Below, piece by piece: positions 50,924 through 62,893 of a stretch of DNA of 64,000 nt. Source of the DNA: Candidatus Marinacidobacterales bacterium (GTDB lineage: Bacteria; Acidobacteriota; Vicinamibacteria; Marinacidobacterales; DATDRI01); the NCBI GenBank assembly GCA_965219415.1, contig CBDCNP010000002.1, forward strand, positions 3,840,001 through 3,904,000. The letters are read 5' to 3'. The number at the start of each line of letters is the position of its first letter. Position 1 is the first letter of the stretch. A model generated the notes under the pieces. The model made no database searches and was not told the origin of the DNA. It saw only the letters and a list, made by a program, of their open reading frames with translations. A program made the position numbers and the translations under genes.

Positions 50924-50952
50924 TTGACGGAGCCCTTCCGGCATGTTATCTT
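50924..50952 (+). promoter_or_regulatory. Sigma70 promoter of the atp operon
   Basis: TTGACG, 17-nt spacer, TATCTT with extended TG. Confidence 0.55.
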
Positions 50953-51029
50953 TAAAGACTTTGTGCGAGTCATATCGCACAAAACTCACGATAGTTACGA
51001 AGAGACTAGGCACTCGCCGAGGAGCTAGG

Positions 51030-51458
51030 TTGATCAGCGTCGATTTTTCCGCCCTCATTATTACAGCACTCGTTTTTGCCCTCGTCCTTGTGCTCGGCCG
51101 ATTTTTCTTTCAGCCGCTGGCCGGCGCGATGCAAGAACGCCAAGGTCGGATCGACGCAGCAGAGACCATCCGTGCGGAAACGACGAAGGAGGTTGAGGAG
51201 ATCCTCGCCACGCACCGCGAAGCGATGGGTCGTGCCCGGGACGAAGGCTATCAGGTTCTTGACAAGGCTCGGGCCGCTGGTCAAGCCGAGGCGGATCGCC
51301 ACTTCGGCGCCGAGCGTGAGAAGACTCTCCAGGAAATGGCGCGAGCGCGAGAGGAGCTTCGACAGCAAGGCGAAGCGGCGCTCAAGTCTCTCGAGTCTGA
51401 GTCCGATCGGTTGGCGGCGAAGATCGCTTCTCGCATCCTCGGGAGGACGGCGGCTTGA
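51030..51458 (+). CDS. ATP synthase F0 subunit b'
   Basis: GAGGAG RBS then TTG 51030; one TM, FFQPL...ERQ, coiled coil, ends ASRILGR. Confidence 0.85.
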   Translation: MISVDFSALIITALVFALVLVLGRFFFQPLAGAMQERQGRIDAAETIRAETTKEVEEILATHREAMGRARDEGYQVLDKARAAGQAEADRHFGAEREKTLQEMARAREELRQQGEAALKSLESESDRLAAKIASRILGRTAA

Positions 51459-52018
51459 AGCTTGTCTTCATCGTCCTAGGCTTTCTTGTCTTTCTTATTG
51501 GTGGAGCCGGAGTGGTCGAGGCCTCATCCGAGGAAGGCGGACACGGACTCGATCTACTCTTCCGCGTCATCAACTTCGTGATTTTGGCCGGCGCGTTGGT
51601 GTACCTGTTGAGGAAGCCGCTCGGCAACTACCTCGACGCGAAAACCGAGCAGATCCGGAAAGATCTGGCGGAAGCGGTCGGGAAGCGAGAGCGGGCGGAA
51701 GCCGAACGTAAGGAGGCGAAGGCTCGTCTGGAGGGGCTGGATCAGGAAATCGCTGAAGCGCGAGAGAAGGGGTTAGCCCAGGCCGAAGCAGAGCGTCAAC
51801 GGATCCTGGAGGCGGCACAGGCTGAGGCAGTACGTCTCGCAGAGCACGCCAAGAGAGAGCTTGCGGACGAGCTAGAGTTGGCGCGCCGGAAGCTGACGGC
51901 CCGCGCGGCGGAACTATCGGTGGAGCTGGCTCGCAAGAAGATTGGTGAGCAGATCGGCGACGACGACCGCCGCCGGCTCTTCGAAAAAGGGCTGGAAAAA
52001 CTAGGGGAGGTTCGGTGA
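51455..52018 (+). CDS. atpF: ATP synthase F0 subunit b
   Basis: RVINFVIL..LVYLLRKPL, coiled coil. Confidence 0.88.
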   Translation: MKLVFIVLGFLVFLIGGAGVVEASSEEGGHGLDLLFRVINFVILAGALVYLLRKPLGNYLDAKTEQIRKDLAEAVGKRERAEAERKEAKARLEGLDQEIAEAREKGLAQAEAERQRILEAAQAEAVRLAEHAKRELADELELARRKLTARAAELSVELARKKIGEQIGDDDRRRLFEKGLEKLGEVR

Positions 52019-52575
52019 AGATCTCCGGAGAAGCGCTAGTTGTCGCCAACCGCTACGCGAGGGCCCTGTTTCAGGTGGTGCTCGAAGAGAAGGAAGATTC
52101 GGAGCGGATTGATCGTGAGCTCCGCGACGTTGCCGCCGTGCTCGAGTCGAACCCCGACCTCGATCAGGCGTTGGGGAGCCCGGCCGTCGTCTCGTCGAAG
52201 CGCGTCGCCATCGTGGAGCAGCTGTTCGGCAAGAAGAAATTGAGCCGCATTACGATGAATCTTCTCAGAGTCATGACTGCTAAGGAGCGGATGCCGGTCC
52301 TTCCGATGGTGCAAGCCGCCTATCGGCGACAGGTGGATGAGCACGAAAAGGTCGAGAAGGCGGAGGTGGTAAGTTCCTATGCGCTCTCCAAGAAGGAAGA
52401 GAAGATGCTAATCGGGAGACTCAGCGAAATCACCGGGAAGACCGTACACGCCGAGTTTCGTACCGACCCCGAGCTCGTGGGAGGGCTCGTCATCAAGATC
52501 GGTAACCTGATTTACGACTCGAGCGTGACGACACAGTTGGCGCGAGTCAAGGAGCGTCTCCTCTCGACGCATTGA
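52015..52575 (+). CDS. atpH: ATP synthase F1 subunit delta
   Basis: VANRYARALF, DPELVGGLVIKIGNLIYDSSV. Confidence 0.93.
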   Translation: MKISGEALVVANRYARALFQVVLEEKEDSERIDRELRDVAAVLESNPDLDQALGSPAVVSSKRVAIVEQLFGKKKLSRITMNLLRVMTAKERMPVLPMVQAAYRRQVDEHEKVEKAEVVSSYALSKKEEKMLIGRLSEITGKTVHAEFRTDPELVGGLVIKIGNLIYDSSVTTQLARVKERLLSTH

Positions 52576-52595
52576 GTTTGGAAGTTCTTGAAACC

Positions 52596-52687
52596 GCCGT
52601 CTGACGAGGTTGATAGTAGCAACGCCGTATTTTGACGGCCGGGGGCGTCTGACCAGCCGGACACTGGCTACTTCGTATATTGACCGC
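52596..52687 (-). repeat. Two copies of the ~44-bp element (52596-52639, 52644-52687) between atpH and atpA
   Basis: rc GCCGTC AAAATA CGGCGTTGCTACTATCAACC TCGTCA GACGGC; rc GCGGTC AATATA CGAAGTAGCCAGTGTCCGGC TGGTCA GACGCC. Confidence 0.72.
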
Positions 52688-52755
52688 CCAAAGGCGAGCG
52701 CGGTGAGTAGGGCGACGCATATCGACGTTATTAACAAAGTGAGGGTAAGACGTAA

Positions 52756-54285
52756 ATGGAGATCAAAGCGGGCGAGATAACCAAAGTCCTTAGAGAGCAG
52801 ATCGGAGAATACGAGACCGGCGTCGACGTCTCCGAGGTCGGCACCGTCGTTTCGGCCGGCGACGGGATCGCGCGCATCTACGGCCTCGAGCGGGTGATGT
52901 ACGGTGAGCTAGTCGAGCTACCTCACGAAGTCTTCGGTCTGGCGATGAACCTCGAAGAGGAATCGGTCAGCCTAGTGCTTTTCGGCGAGACAACCCATAT
53001 CAAGGAAGGGGACACCGCGAAGCGAACGGGGCGGATTCTCCAGGTGCCGGTTGGCGATGCCATGGTCGGTCGCGTCGTGGACGCGCTCGGCCGACCGATA
53101 GATGGTAAGGGGCCGATCCTGACCAAGGAGTTCAATCCCGTCGAGCGCGTTGCCGCCGGCGTGGTGGAGCGCCAGCCGGTGAAGGAGCCGCTACAAACTG
53201 GTATCAAGGCGATCGACGCGATGATCCCCATCGGTCGTGGACAGCGGGAGCTCATTATCGGCGACCGACAGACCGGAAAGACCGCCATCGCCGTGGACGC
53301 GATCATCAATCAGAAGGGCAAAGGCGTTATTTGCATCTACGTGGCGATGGGCCAGAAGCAATCCACGGTGGCTCAGGTGGTGAAGACGCTCGAAGAGCAC
53401 GACTCCATGGAGCACACCATCGTCGTGGTGGCATCGGCCTCCGAGCCAGCACCGCTCCAATACATCGCACCGTACTCCGGATGCGCTATGGGCGAGCACT
53501 TTCTTTACAACGGTGGCCACGCCCTGTGCATCTACGACGACCTATCGAAACATGCGGCAGCCTATCGTGAGATCTCACTGTTGCTCCGGCGCCCGCCGGG
53601 ACGCGAGGCCTATCCAGGCGATGTCTTCTATCTGCACTCGCGGCTACTTGAGCGCGCGGTGAAGCTGAGCGACGATTTAGGTGCGGGCTCGCTGACCGCC
53701 TTCCCGTTCATCGAGACGCAGGCCGGTGACATCTCGGCCTACGTGCCGACCAACGTCATCTCCATCACCGACGGACAAATCTATCTAGAATCCGACCTCT
53801 TCCATTCCGGCGTCCGTCCGGCCGTCAACGTCGGTAACTCCGTCAGTCGTGTGGGAGGTTCGGCGCAGATCCGAGCGATGCGACAGGTGGCGGGAACGAT
53901 GCGGCTCGATCTCGCACAGTATCGGGAAATGGCCGCCTTCGCACAGTTCGGATCCGATCTCGATAAGGCGACCCAGGCGCAGCTCGCCAAGGGTGAGCGC
54001 TTGGTGGAGGTCCTGAAGCAGGACCAGTACCAACCGCTGCCGGTGGAGAAGCAGATCGCGATCATCTTCGCCGCCAACAACGGGTTCCTCGATGATCTGG
54101 CGGTGTCGGAATGCGGAGCGTTCGAGGTGGGGCTTTACAAGTTCCTCGACGATCGTCATCCCGGGACTCTGGCCGCCATCGCCGAGAAGAAAAAACTGGA
54201 CGACGACTTGACGAAGGAGTTGTCCCAAGCGATCACGAACTTCAAAGAAGAATATGGATCCTCAAACGAGGAATCGGCAGCCTAG
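52756..54285 (+). CDS. atpA: ATP synthase F1 subunit alpha
   Basis: [31 protein letters not shown]. Confidence 0.98.
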   Translation: MEIKAGEITKVLREQIGEYETGVDVSEVGTVVSAGDGIARIYGLERVMYGELVELPHEVFGLAMNLEEESVSLVLFGETTHIKEGDTAKRTGRILQVPVGDAMVGRVVDALGRPIDGKGPILTKEFNPVERVAAGVVERQPVKEPLQTGIKAIDAMIPIGRGQRELIIGDRQTGKTAIAVDAIINQKGKGVICIYVAMGQKQSTVAQVVKTLEEHDSMEHTIVVVASASEPAPLQYIAPYSGCAMGEHFLYNGGHALCIYDDLSKHAAAYREISLLLRRPPGREAYPGDVFYLHSRLLERAVKLSDDLGAGSLTAFPFIETQAGDISAYVPTNVISITDGQIYLESDLFHSGVRPAVNVGNSVSRVGGSAQIRAMRQVAGTMRLDLAQYREMAAFAQFGSDLDKATQAQLAKGERLVEVLKQDQYQPLPVEKQIAIIFAANNGFLDDLAVSECGAFEVGLYKFLDDRHPGTLAAIAEKKKLDDDLTKELSQAITNFKEEYGSSNEESAA

Positions 54286-54318
54286 CAAGGGCGAGCTTAG
54301 GAAAATTACGGATCGAGA

Positions 54319-56623
<2,305 letters not shown>

Positions 56624-56626
56624 CTC

Positions 56627-57055
56627 ATGCCCAACCAAATCGAACTAGAAATCGTGACCCCCGAAGGAGTCGCGGTCCGCGAGGCCGTCGACGAGATCGA
56701 AGCACCTGGTAAGGAAGGGTACTTCGGTGTGCTTCCCGGGCACACGCCGTTTCTGACTCAGCTGAAGGCCGGCACTGTCCGTTATCGCGTTGGAACAAAA
56801 GAGGACCTGGTGAGCGTGACCTGGGGTTTCGCCGAGGTTCTTCCCTTCAAAGTCACTTTACTCGTGAGCTCGGCGGAACTTGCTGGGGACATCGATCTCC
56901 AAAGGGCGGAATCGGCTCGCCAGCGTGCACACGCACGCTTGGAAGAGTTCGGCGTCGCCTACGATGTGGACAAAGTACGCGAGGCCCGCGAGGCGTCGGA
57001 GCGGGCACAGGCCCGCTTGGAGACCGTGCAGCGCGCGAACGAAAAGGCGCCCTAG
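56627..57055 (+). CDS. atpC: ATP synthase F1 subunit epsilon
   Basis: LEIVTPE, GYFGVLPGH, IDLQRAE. Confidence 0.95.
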   Translation: MPNQIELEIVTPEGVAVREAVDEIEAPGKEGYFGVLPGHTPFLTQLKAGTVRYRVGTKEDLVSVTWGFAEVLPFKVTLLVSSAELAGDIDLQRAESARQRAHARLEEFGVAYDVDKVREAREASERAQARLETVQRANEKAP

Positions 57056-57477
57056 CCCTTCATCGACACCGGCTCAGAAACCGCGCTCGAGCGACGTCTA
57101 AAACACCCTGACAGCATCCGTGATTTTCCGCCTCGGCCGCGGGTGTGTTAGTTTGAGTGTGCGGCCAACCCTGCCCGTCACCACGAGAATTCAGTAAGTC
57201 ATGGCACGCCATCCCGATTTTGCATTGGTTCGACGAGCTGGCGAAAAGGCTCGGGCCTTCTTGAAGACTCCGCGAAGTTTGCGGTACAACCTAGCTCTTA
57301 TGCACACCTCCAACTGACACTCGGGCAACGCGCCCGAGCGTCTCGACGCGGCAACCGGAGCTAGTCCTCCTCGCCACCGCGGCTTTCCTTTCCTTGTCTT
57401 GAAACCTCAGGTGTTCGCTGGCGGGTACGACGTCTAGCTCTTTTCGAGCGGCGAAACATTTCTTTGGAGCAAGAGAA

Positions 57478-58902
57478 TTGAAATCGACTGAACAGGTCCG
57501 GACGACCGAGGAAGCGGATGAACCTGGCTTTTGGGCTTCGGTACGGGAGTCTCTCCGGGGAACGGAGAGGGACTTCACCAAAGGAAGCTTGAACCGCGCG
57601 GTGGGGCTTCTTGCCGTTCCAATGGTCTTGGAGATGGCAGGGGAATCGGTCTTCGCGGTTTGCGATGCCTTTTTCGTTGCGCGACTCGGCTCTCACGCTC
57701 TCGCGGCAGTGGGCCTCACCGAATCCATGCTCGAGTTCATTTACGCCGTTGCGGTGGGGCTCAGCATGGCGACGACCGCGATGGTGGCGCGGCGAACCGG
57801 CGAGAAAGACCGGCGGGGCGCGGCGCGGGCCGGAATCCAAGCCATCTTTGTCGGAATGGTGACCGCGGTGGTCTTTGGCATTGCGGGTGCTATTTTTGCA
57901 CCGCAGCTCCTCGGATTGATGGGAGCCTCGGCGGAGACGGTCGAGATGGGTAGCACCTATACCCGCGTGATGTACGCTGGAATGGTCACTATCCTGCTGC
58001 TCTTTCTGAACAACGCGATCTACCGGGGTGTAGGCGACGCCACCACCGCGATGCGGGCGCTGTGGATCGCAAACGCGATCAATCTGGTCTTGGACCCTTG
58101 CCTGATCTTTGGTCTCGGCCCCTTCCCGGAACTCGGTCTCATGGGAGCGGCGGTGGCGACCACCATCGGACGCGGCACCGGAGTGCTCTACCAGTTCTGG
58201 CGATTCCAGAGAAGTAAGCGTTTGCAAATGATCCGTGAGGATATTGCGGTCGACTTAGGCGTCATCGTGCGACTGCTCCGCTTGTCGGCGGGCGGTGTTG
58301 GTCAAATGCTCATCGCCACCGCGAGCTACGTCGGACTCATCCGTATACTCGCCACATTCGGAAGCCTCGTACTCGCCGGGTACGTAATCTCTATTCGCAT
58401 CGTCATCTTTGTCATTCTTCTGTCGTGGGGCTTGAGCAATGCTGCTGCAACGCTGGTGGGACAAAACTTGGGGGCTCGAAAGCCCGAGCGGGCGGAGCGC
58501 GCGGTGTGGTTGACCGGGATGTGGAACATGATGTTCATGGCGGTGGTCACGGTAGTGCTTCTTTTTTTTGCACCCGAGATCATACGCGTCTTCACAAGCG
58601 ATTCCGAAGTGTCGTCAGTCGGAATCCGGAGCCTGCGCATCATCAGTTGCGGTTACGTGTTCTACGCTTGGGGCATGGTCATGATGCAAGCATTCAACGG
58701 GGCCGGTGACACCGCCACGCCGACGTGGATCAACTTCTTTTGTTTCTGGCTATTTCAGATTCCGTTGGCCTATGTCCTGGCGAAGCCTCTTGATGTGGGG
58801 CCGGCGGGAGTCTTCATTTCTATCGCCGTGTCGTACTCGTTATCCGCGCTCGTGGGGATCATCCTCTTTCGACGAGGCAACTGGAAGAAGAAGAAGGTGT
58901 AA
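57478..58902 (+). CDS. MATE family efflux transporter
   Basis: DFTKGSL..LAVPMVLEM, RGVGDA, NLVLDP.LIFG, GQNLGA; polytopic. Confidence 0.92.
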   Translation: MKSTEQVRTTEEADEPGFWASVRESLRGTERDFTKGSLNRAVGLLAVPMVLEMAGESVFAVCDAFFVARLGSHALAAVGLTESMLEFIYAVAVGLSMATTAMVARRTGEKDRRGAARAGIQAIFVGMVTAVVFGIAGAIFAPQLLGLMGASAETVEMGSTYTRVMYAGMVTILLLFLNNAIYRGVGDATTAMRALWIANAINLVLDPCLIFGLGPFPELGLMGAAVATTIGRGTGVLYQFWRFQRSKRLQMIREDIAVDLGVIVRLLRLSAGGVGQMLIATASYVGLIRILATFGSLVLAGYVISIRIVIFVILLSWGLSNAAATLVGQNLGARKPERAERAVWLTGMWNMMFMAVVTVVLLFFAPEIIRVFTSDSEVSSVGIRSLRIISCGYVFYAWGMVMMQAFNGAGDTATPTWINFFCFWLFQIPLAYVLAKPLDVGPAGVFISIAVSYSLSALVGIILFRRGNWKKKKV

Positions 58903-58915
58903 AGCGGGAGAGTGG

Positions 58916-59683
58916 TTACCGGGCGCGTTGCGTGGCGACACCCTCGCTCGAATCCAAAACGAGCGTCGCGTCGAGGTCTTCCCGGCGCAGGGTTCCGAAG
59001 GCGAACATCGTGTAGGTCGCGTTTCTCGCCAGGCCGTACGGTACGACGGGTAGCAAGGCTTCCGTCGTTCCCGTACGGCGCACCTCCAAGGGGTAGTTGC
59101 CGGCGTCGAGGTTCCGATAGGGCGCTTGTTCTAGGTACTCGACACGACGCACGAGGGCGGTGCGGCGATTCTCCCAAAGACCGAGAGGCGACGGAAAGTC
59201 CAACATCGCGTTGATGAGGCGTATCCGTGCTCGTTCCCCGCTGGGAGCGAGATCGTCTTGGATGTCGGTCACCCTGAGCGTGCGGGTGTCCACCAGGCCG
59301 GAGGCAATGATCGTCACAGCGTCATTCGGGCCGATGTCGAAAGTCGTCTTGAGATCGACGGTGCGGGGGTCGACGCCAGACTTTGGCGGGGGTATGAAAA
59401 CGATGCGATGGGATCCCGGCTCGATGCGCTGGTAGCTCGTCACCGCCGGGTAACTGAGCCGTTCACGAAAGGTCCTTCCGTCGAGGCGGATTCTGGATCC
59501 GTTCAAATCCGAGCTCAAGTTTGCGACGCGGAGCCAAGTACCGGTGAAGGTTCCAACGATAGGAGTGGACTCGGACGGTCCGGTCACGTCTGGCGCGTCA
59601 TCCTCACCGCAGCTGGTTAGTGCGAGCAGGGCCACAGTAACGAGCCATCGTGGCAGGTGGCGCTTGTTCACAGCAAAACTCAT
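58916..59683 (-). CDS. DUF4397-like lipoprotein
   Basis: LTSC lipobox; two repeats of the LRVANLS / IRLINA...Y...Y...G.Y.LEV pattern; start placed at ATG 59683. Confidence 0.7.
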   Translation of the reverse strand: MSFAVNKRHLPRWLVTVALLALTSCGEDDAPDVTGPSESTPIVGTFTGTWLRVANLSSDLNGSRIRLDGRTFRERLSYPAVTSYQRIEPGSHRIVFIPPPKSGVDPRTVDLKTTFDIGPNDAVTIIASGLVDTRTLRVTDIQDDLAPSGERARIRLINAMLDFPSPLGLWENRRTALVRRVEYLEQAPYRNLDAGNYPLEVRRTGTTEALLPVVPYGLARNATYTMFAFGTLRREDLDATLVLDSSEGVATQRAR

Positions 59684-59724
59684 TTTATCGCTCTGACCCG
59701 ACGCGTGCGTGCTGAAACGTTTCT

Positions 59725-59769
59725 GGCGTGAAAACAAGAGGTTGCCAGTAATCAGCCTAGCCAGACGCC
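59725..59769 (+). repeat. Copy of dispersed ~44-bp element
   Basis: GGCGTG AAAACA AGAGGTTGCCAGTAATCAGCC TAGCCA GACGCC. Confidence 0.65.
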
Positions 59770-59774
59770 GGTGC

Positions 59775-60602
59775 CTACTCGGCCCGTTTGAGTTCCGACT
59801 CGGCGGCGATATACCCGAAGGCCGGCCAATAGGGGCCCGCGACGATCTTTTGGAGGAGCTTGCGAGCTCTCGCCTCCTCTCCGTTGAAGAGGTACTGGCT
59901 GGCGAGACCGTGGCCGTATGTCGCGAGCTCCAGAGTCGACACAGTTTCCGAATCGATGAGCTCGTCTTCGTCTAATCGTCCTTTGTAGAAGGCGAGGAGC
60001 TTGAAGTAGGCCACCATGCGTTCGACCCTCATGGCAGGTCGGATCGGCGCCAAAACGGCCTGGGCCTCTTTGTCCCGATCGAGCTGGCGGAGGGATAGGT
60101 AGAGCCAGTAGGAGGCGGCGATTCGGTCGTCATCGTTGGTCGCGATGTCGAGACTATTCTGGTAGGCGGTCACAGCCGCCGCGAAATCCCGCGTCAAGTA
60201 GTGTGAGAGCGCGAGGTGATACGAAATGTCGAAGCTTTCGGGATCGAGTTGGCGAGCCTTTATTAGATCTGTCTGCGCTTTAGTGAAGTTGCGAACGGTG
60301 ATGTAGCGATGCCCACGGTGTCGATAGAGCGCTGCCCAGTCGGGCTTTTGCTCGATGCCGCGGGAGTAGGTTTCGATGGCTTGGCGGTAGTGCTTCAAAG
60401 ACCCATAAATCAATCCTAACTCTATGAGAAGCTCCACGTTCTCAGGATCCTCGGCGAGTCGGGCCTGTGCTTCTGCGATCACCCCGCGAGCGTCGGGCGA
60501 GCCGTAGTACTTTTTCCCGCTGGGGGAAACGTACTCGGGCTCGACCTGAAAGGGCGACAACGCCGTCGCCACCACCCACGCGGTCAACCAAAACAACTTC
60601 AT
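59775..60602 (-). CDS. Exported TPR-repeat protein
   Basis: Signal peptide; TPR units (AIETYSRGI..P..AALYRHRGHRY, YHLALSHY). Confidence 0.8.
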   Translation of the reverse strand: MKLFWLTAWVVATALSPFQVEPEYVSPSGKKYYGSPDARGVIAEAQARLAEDPENVELLIELGLIYGSLKHYRQAIETYSRGIEQKPDWAALYRHRGHRYITVRNFTKAQTDLIKARQLDPESFDISYHLALSHYLTRDFAAAVTAYQNSLDIATNDDDRIAASYWLYLSLRQLDRDKEAQAVLAPIRPAMRVERMVAYFKLLAFYKGRLDEDELIDSETVSTLELATYGHGLASQYLFNGEEARARKLLQKIVAGPYWPAFGYIAAESELKRAE

Positions 60603-60615
60603 CTACTCACACTCC

Positions 60616-61476
60616 TTAATCCCCGGCGCCGTAGATCAGCAGTTCATCGATGGCGCCACGGCCTTTCGCCTTGGAGTTGATCGAGCGGGGGACGCGGACG
60701 CGATCCAGCGTCGGTCTCGGACTCAGTCCTCGATAAAGGTACCTTACGATCTCGGCGTCGCTGTTCGATAAAACAACGAACGCGCCCTTCTTCCTCAGAT
60801 TCCCGAACACCCGTGCCAGCCGCCCTTGCTCTTCAGTTCCGAATCCTTCCGAGGTATAGGCAGTGAAGCGGCTGGTCGCAGAAAGGGGCTGATACGGGGG
60901 ATCGAAGTAGATCAAATCGTTTCGACCACAGTCACTCACTGCTTCTTCGAAGTCTACGCACAAGATCTCAACATCTCGAAGGGCTCGAGAAACGAGTCGA
61001 AGGTTCTTTTCGTCAAGGATTTTGGGGTTGGTGTATTTGCCCAATGGTACGTTGAACTCACCTCGCCGGTTGACGCGCCAGAGTCCGTTGTAACAGGTGC
61101 GGTTGAGATAGATAAAGAGAGCAGCCCGCTCGACCGGATCGGTGGGATGGCTCCGACGAACCTCATAGTAGTGTTCGGGTGAGTGTTTTTGCGCATGAAC
61201 CTCTAGCCCCGAGAGTAATTCATCCACGGCGTCTCGAACGACAATATAAGTGTTCGTCAAGAGTGGATTGCGATCGGCGATGCGGCACGCAAGATAGGGA
61301 AGCTCGTGGCGAATCCAAAAAAAGAGCGCACCTCCGCCGACGAAAGGCTCCACATATCGCGTGAAGGTTTCTGTTGGTGGCACGCGCTTGACGATCTCTT
61401 CGATCAGCGTCGTTTTGCCGCCTGCCCACTTGAGAAAGGGACGGGGACGCTCTCGAGGCGATGGGGAATCAGCCAT
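60616..61476 (-). CDS. Dam/DpnIIA-family DNA adenine methyltransferase
   Basis: FLKWAGGK, YVEPFVGGG, LNRTCYNGLWRVN..GEFNVP.G, YFDPPY, FTAY, LSNS. Confidence 0.92.
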   Translation of the reverse strand: MADSPSPRERPRPFLKWAGGKTTLIEEIVKRVPPTETFTRYVEPFVGGGALFFWIRHELPYLACRIADRNPLLTNTYIVVRDAVDELLSGLEVHAQKHSPEHYYEVRRSHPTDPVERAALFIYLNRTCYNGLWRVNRRGEFNVPLGKYTNPKILDEKNLRLVSRALRDVEILCVDFEEAVSDCGRNDLIYFDPPYQPLSATSRFTAYTSEGFGTEEQGRLARVFGNLRKKGAFVVLSNSDAEIVRYLYRGLSPRPTLDRVRVPRSINSKAKGRGAIDELLIYGAGD

Positions 61477-61496
61477 CGGGAGCTTCGGTCGGCCCG

Positions 61497-62396
61497 CTAT
61501 GCTCGTACCCAGCGGTCTTTCTCCAAGGATTGCGAAGCCGTTCGCCCGGTTCGGGATTCGGGTTTCATGAGAAGGTACTCGAGATTACTGTAGATGACGC
61601 TTTGCGTGAGGCGGTTTCGCTCCAACCACCGGCGCAAGACGCCGGGCACGCGTCGAGCGAAGAAGCCGCTCATTTGACGTTTTTCCTTCACCAATCGAAA
61701 ACCGGTTCCCTCTAGCCATCGGCGCACCACGGAGACGGTGACCTTCTGAAGAAGATCGTCCTTCTTCTTCTCTCCCCGAGCAGCGATCATGTGGCAGGAG
61801 TTCGACTCCCCTTGCTGTTCCAACCAAGAGGGGTGCTTGCCGGCTAGATAGAAGTTCAGGCGGAAGGCCCAGCTTCGTGGGAGGAGAAGCTGATACGGAA
61901 TTGGAATCTTGAGCCTTGCCAGATGTGAGCCGGAGGAGGAGTAATACGGGGGAGTCGAAAGAAAGAGAACGCCCCCAGGTCGTAAAACGCGGAAACACTC
62001 ACTCAGGTAAGTTTCCGGAGACTCCACATGCTCTATGACCGAATGCGAGAGTACAACATCGAAGTAGGCGTCCTGGAAGGGAAGAGAAATGCCGTCGCCT
62101 TGCACGAAGGAGACATTGGCGACGCCATGTTCCTTCGCAAGGCGCACTCCCGCGTCGGTGAACCGGTCGACGATATCCAAACCGACCGCGAACTTGGATT
62201 CTTCGGCAAAGGAGACCGCCACGCCCCCACCGCCACAGCCGGCATCGAGAACCGACGCGGCGGTACCAATACTGGAGCCTTCGAGCTGGCTCAGGATCTT
62301 CGCGCTTCGGTAGTATTCGAAAAGCGAGTAGTGATAGTCAGACCGGAAACGGATGGCGCCGTATTCACGAATGGCGTCTGGCTGTACTTCCCGCAA
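61497..62396 (-). CDS. Class I SAM-dependent methyltransferase
   Basis: VLDAGCGGG, LPFQDAYFDVV, IEHV, RVLRPGG. Confidence 0.85.
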   Translation of the reverse strand: MREVQPDAIREYGAIRFRSDYHYSLFEYYRSAKILSQLEGSSIGTAASVLDAGCGGGGVAVSFAEESKFAVGLDIVDRFTDAGVRLAKEHGVANVSFVQGDGISLPFQDAYFDVVLSHSVIEHVESPETYLSECFRVLRPGGVLFLSTPPYYSSSGSHLARLKIPIPYQLLLPRSWAFRLNFYLAGKHPSWLEQQGESNSCHMIAARGEKKKDDLLQKVTVSVVRRWLEGTGFRLVKEKRQMSGFFARRVPGVLRRWLERNRLTQSVIYSNLEYLLMKPESRTGRTASQSLEKDRWVRA

Positions 62397-62452
62397 GGAT
62401 GGCTCCCTCGGCCCGGGGCGGTGACTCGCCGTGTCGCCGAGTTTTAGGGGTG

Positions 62453-62860
62453 CTACCCGCCTCTGACCTGCACCTTTGCCGTGCCCGAGATGACGATCTT
62501 CCGGCCGTTTTTGAGTCGCAGACGGACGGTGTAGGTTCCCGGATGCTTGTACTGGTTGGAGCTGCTGAAACGTCGAGTGATCTCCATACCCGGTTCAAAG
62601 GGATCGCAGTCCACCTCGTGAAGCGACGGGTTTCTGCCATCGTCCCAATCCCACTCTTCGTCGAGGCAGTAGTATTTCTCCATGTCTTCTGGTTCGCCCT
62701 CGAGCTCGGCGGTAACCCTCACCGTGACTGTCAGCTTAAATCCCGACCTGGGGTCGGATATGGGCAGGAAGACTATGCGCGGGGCCTCTAGGTCGAGCTC
62801 CATGTCGTCCGTGGCGCCCAAGACGAGCAGAGCGGTTGCGAGACCTATGAGAACCTTCAT
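62453..62860 (-). CDS. Small secreted PKD-like domain protein
   Basis: Signal peptide; WDWDDG and YKHPGTYTVRL PKD-like motifs. Confidence 0.7.
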   Translation of the reverse strand: MKVLIGLATALLVLGATDDMELDLEAPRIVFLPISDPRSGFKLTVTVRVTAELEGEPEDMEKYYCLDEEWDWDDGRNPSLHEVDCDPFEPGMEITRRFSSSNQYKHPGTYTVRLRLKNGRKIVISGTAKVQVRGG

Positions 62861-62893
62861 GCCTCTATGTTAGCACGGTGGGCCAAGTTTCCT

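Noticed and set aside
50479-50982. 167-aa ORF with a repeated ATxYFG peptide
   Set aside because: The peptide repeat is a translation of two 44-bp DNA elements; the ORF overlaps selD antisense and the atp promoter
50690-51029. tRNA-Sec, tmRNA or another known ncRNA next to selD
   Set aside because: No TTCAAA anticodon loop, T-arm or tmRNA termini seen on either strand
57056-57477. 420-bp intergenic region after atpC with a hairpin (CTCGGGC-N5-GCCCGAG)
   Set aside because: No recognisable riboswitch, sRNA or credible small ORF; a single hairpin is insufficient evidence
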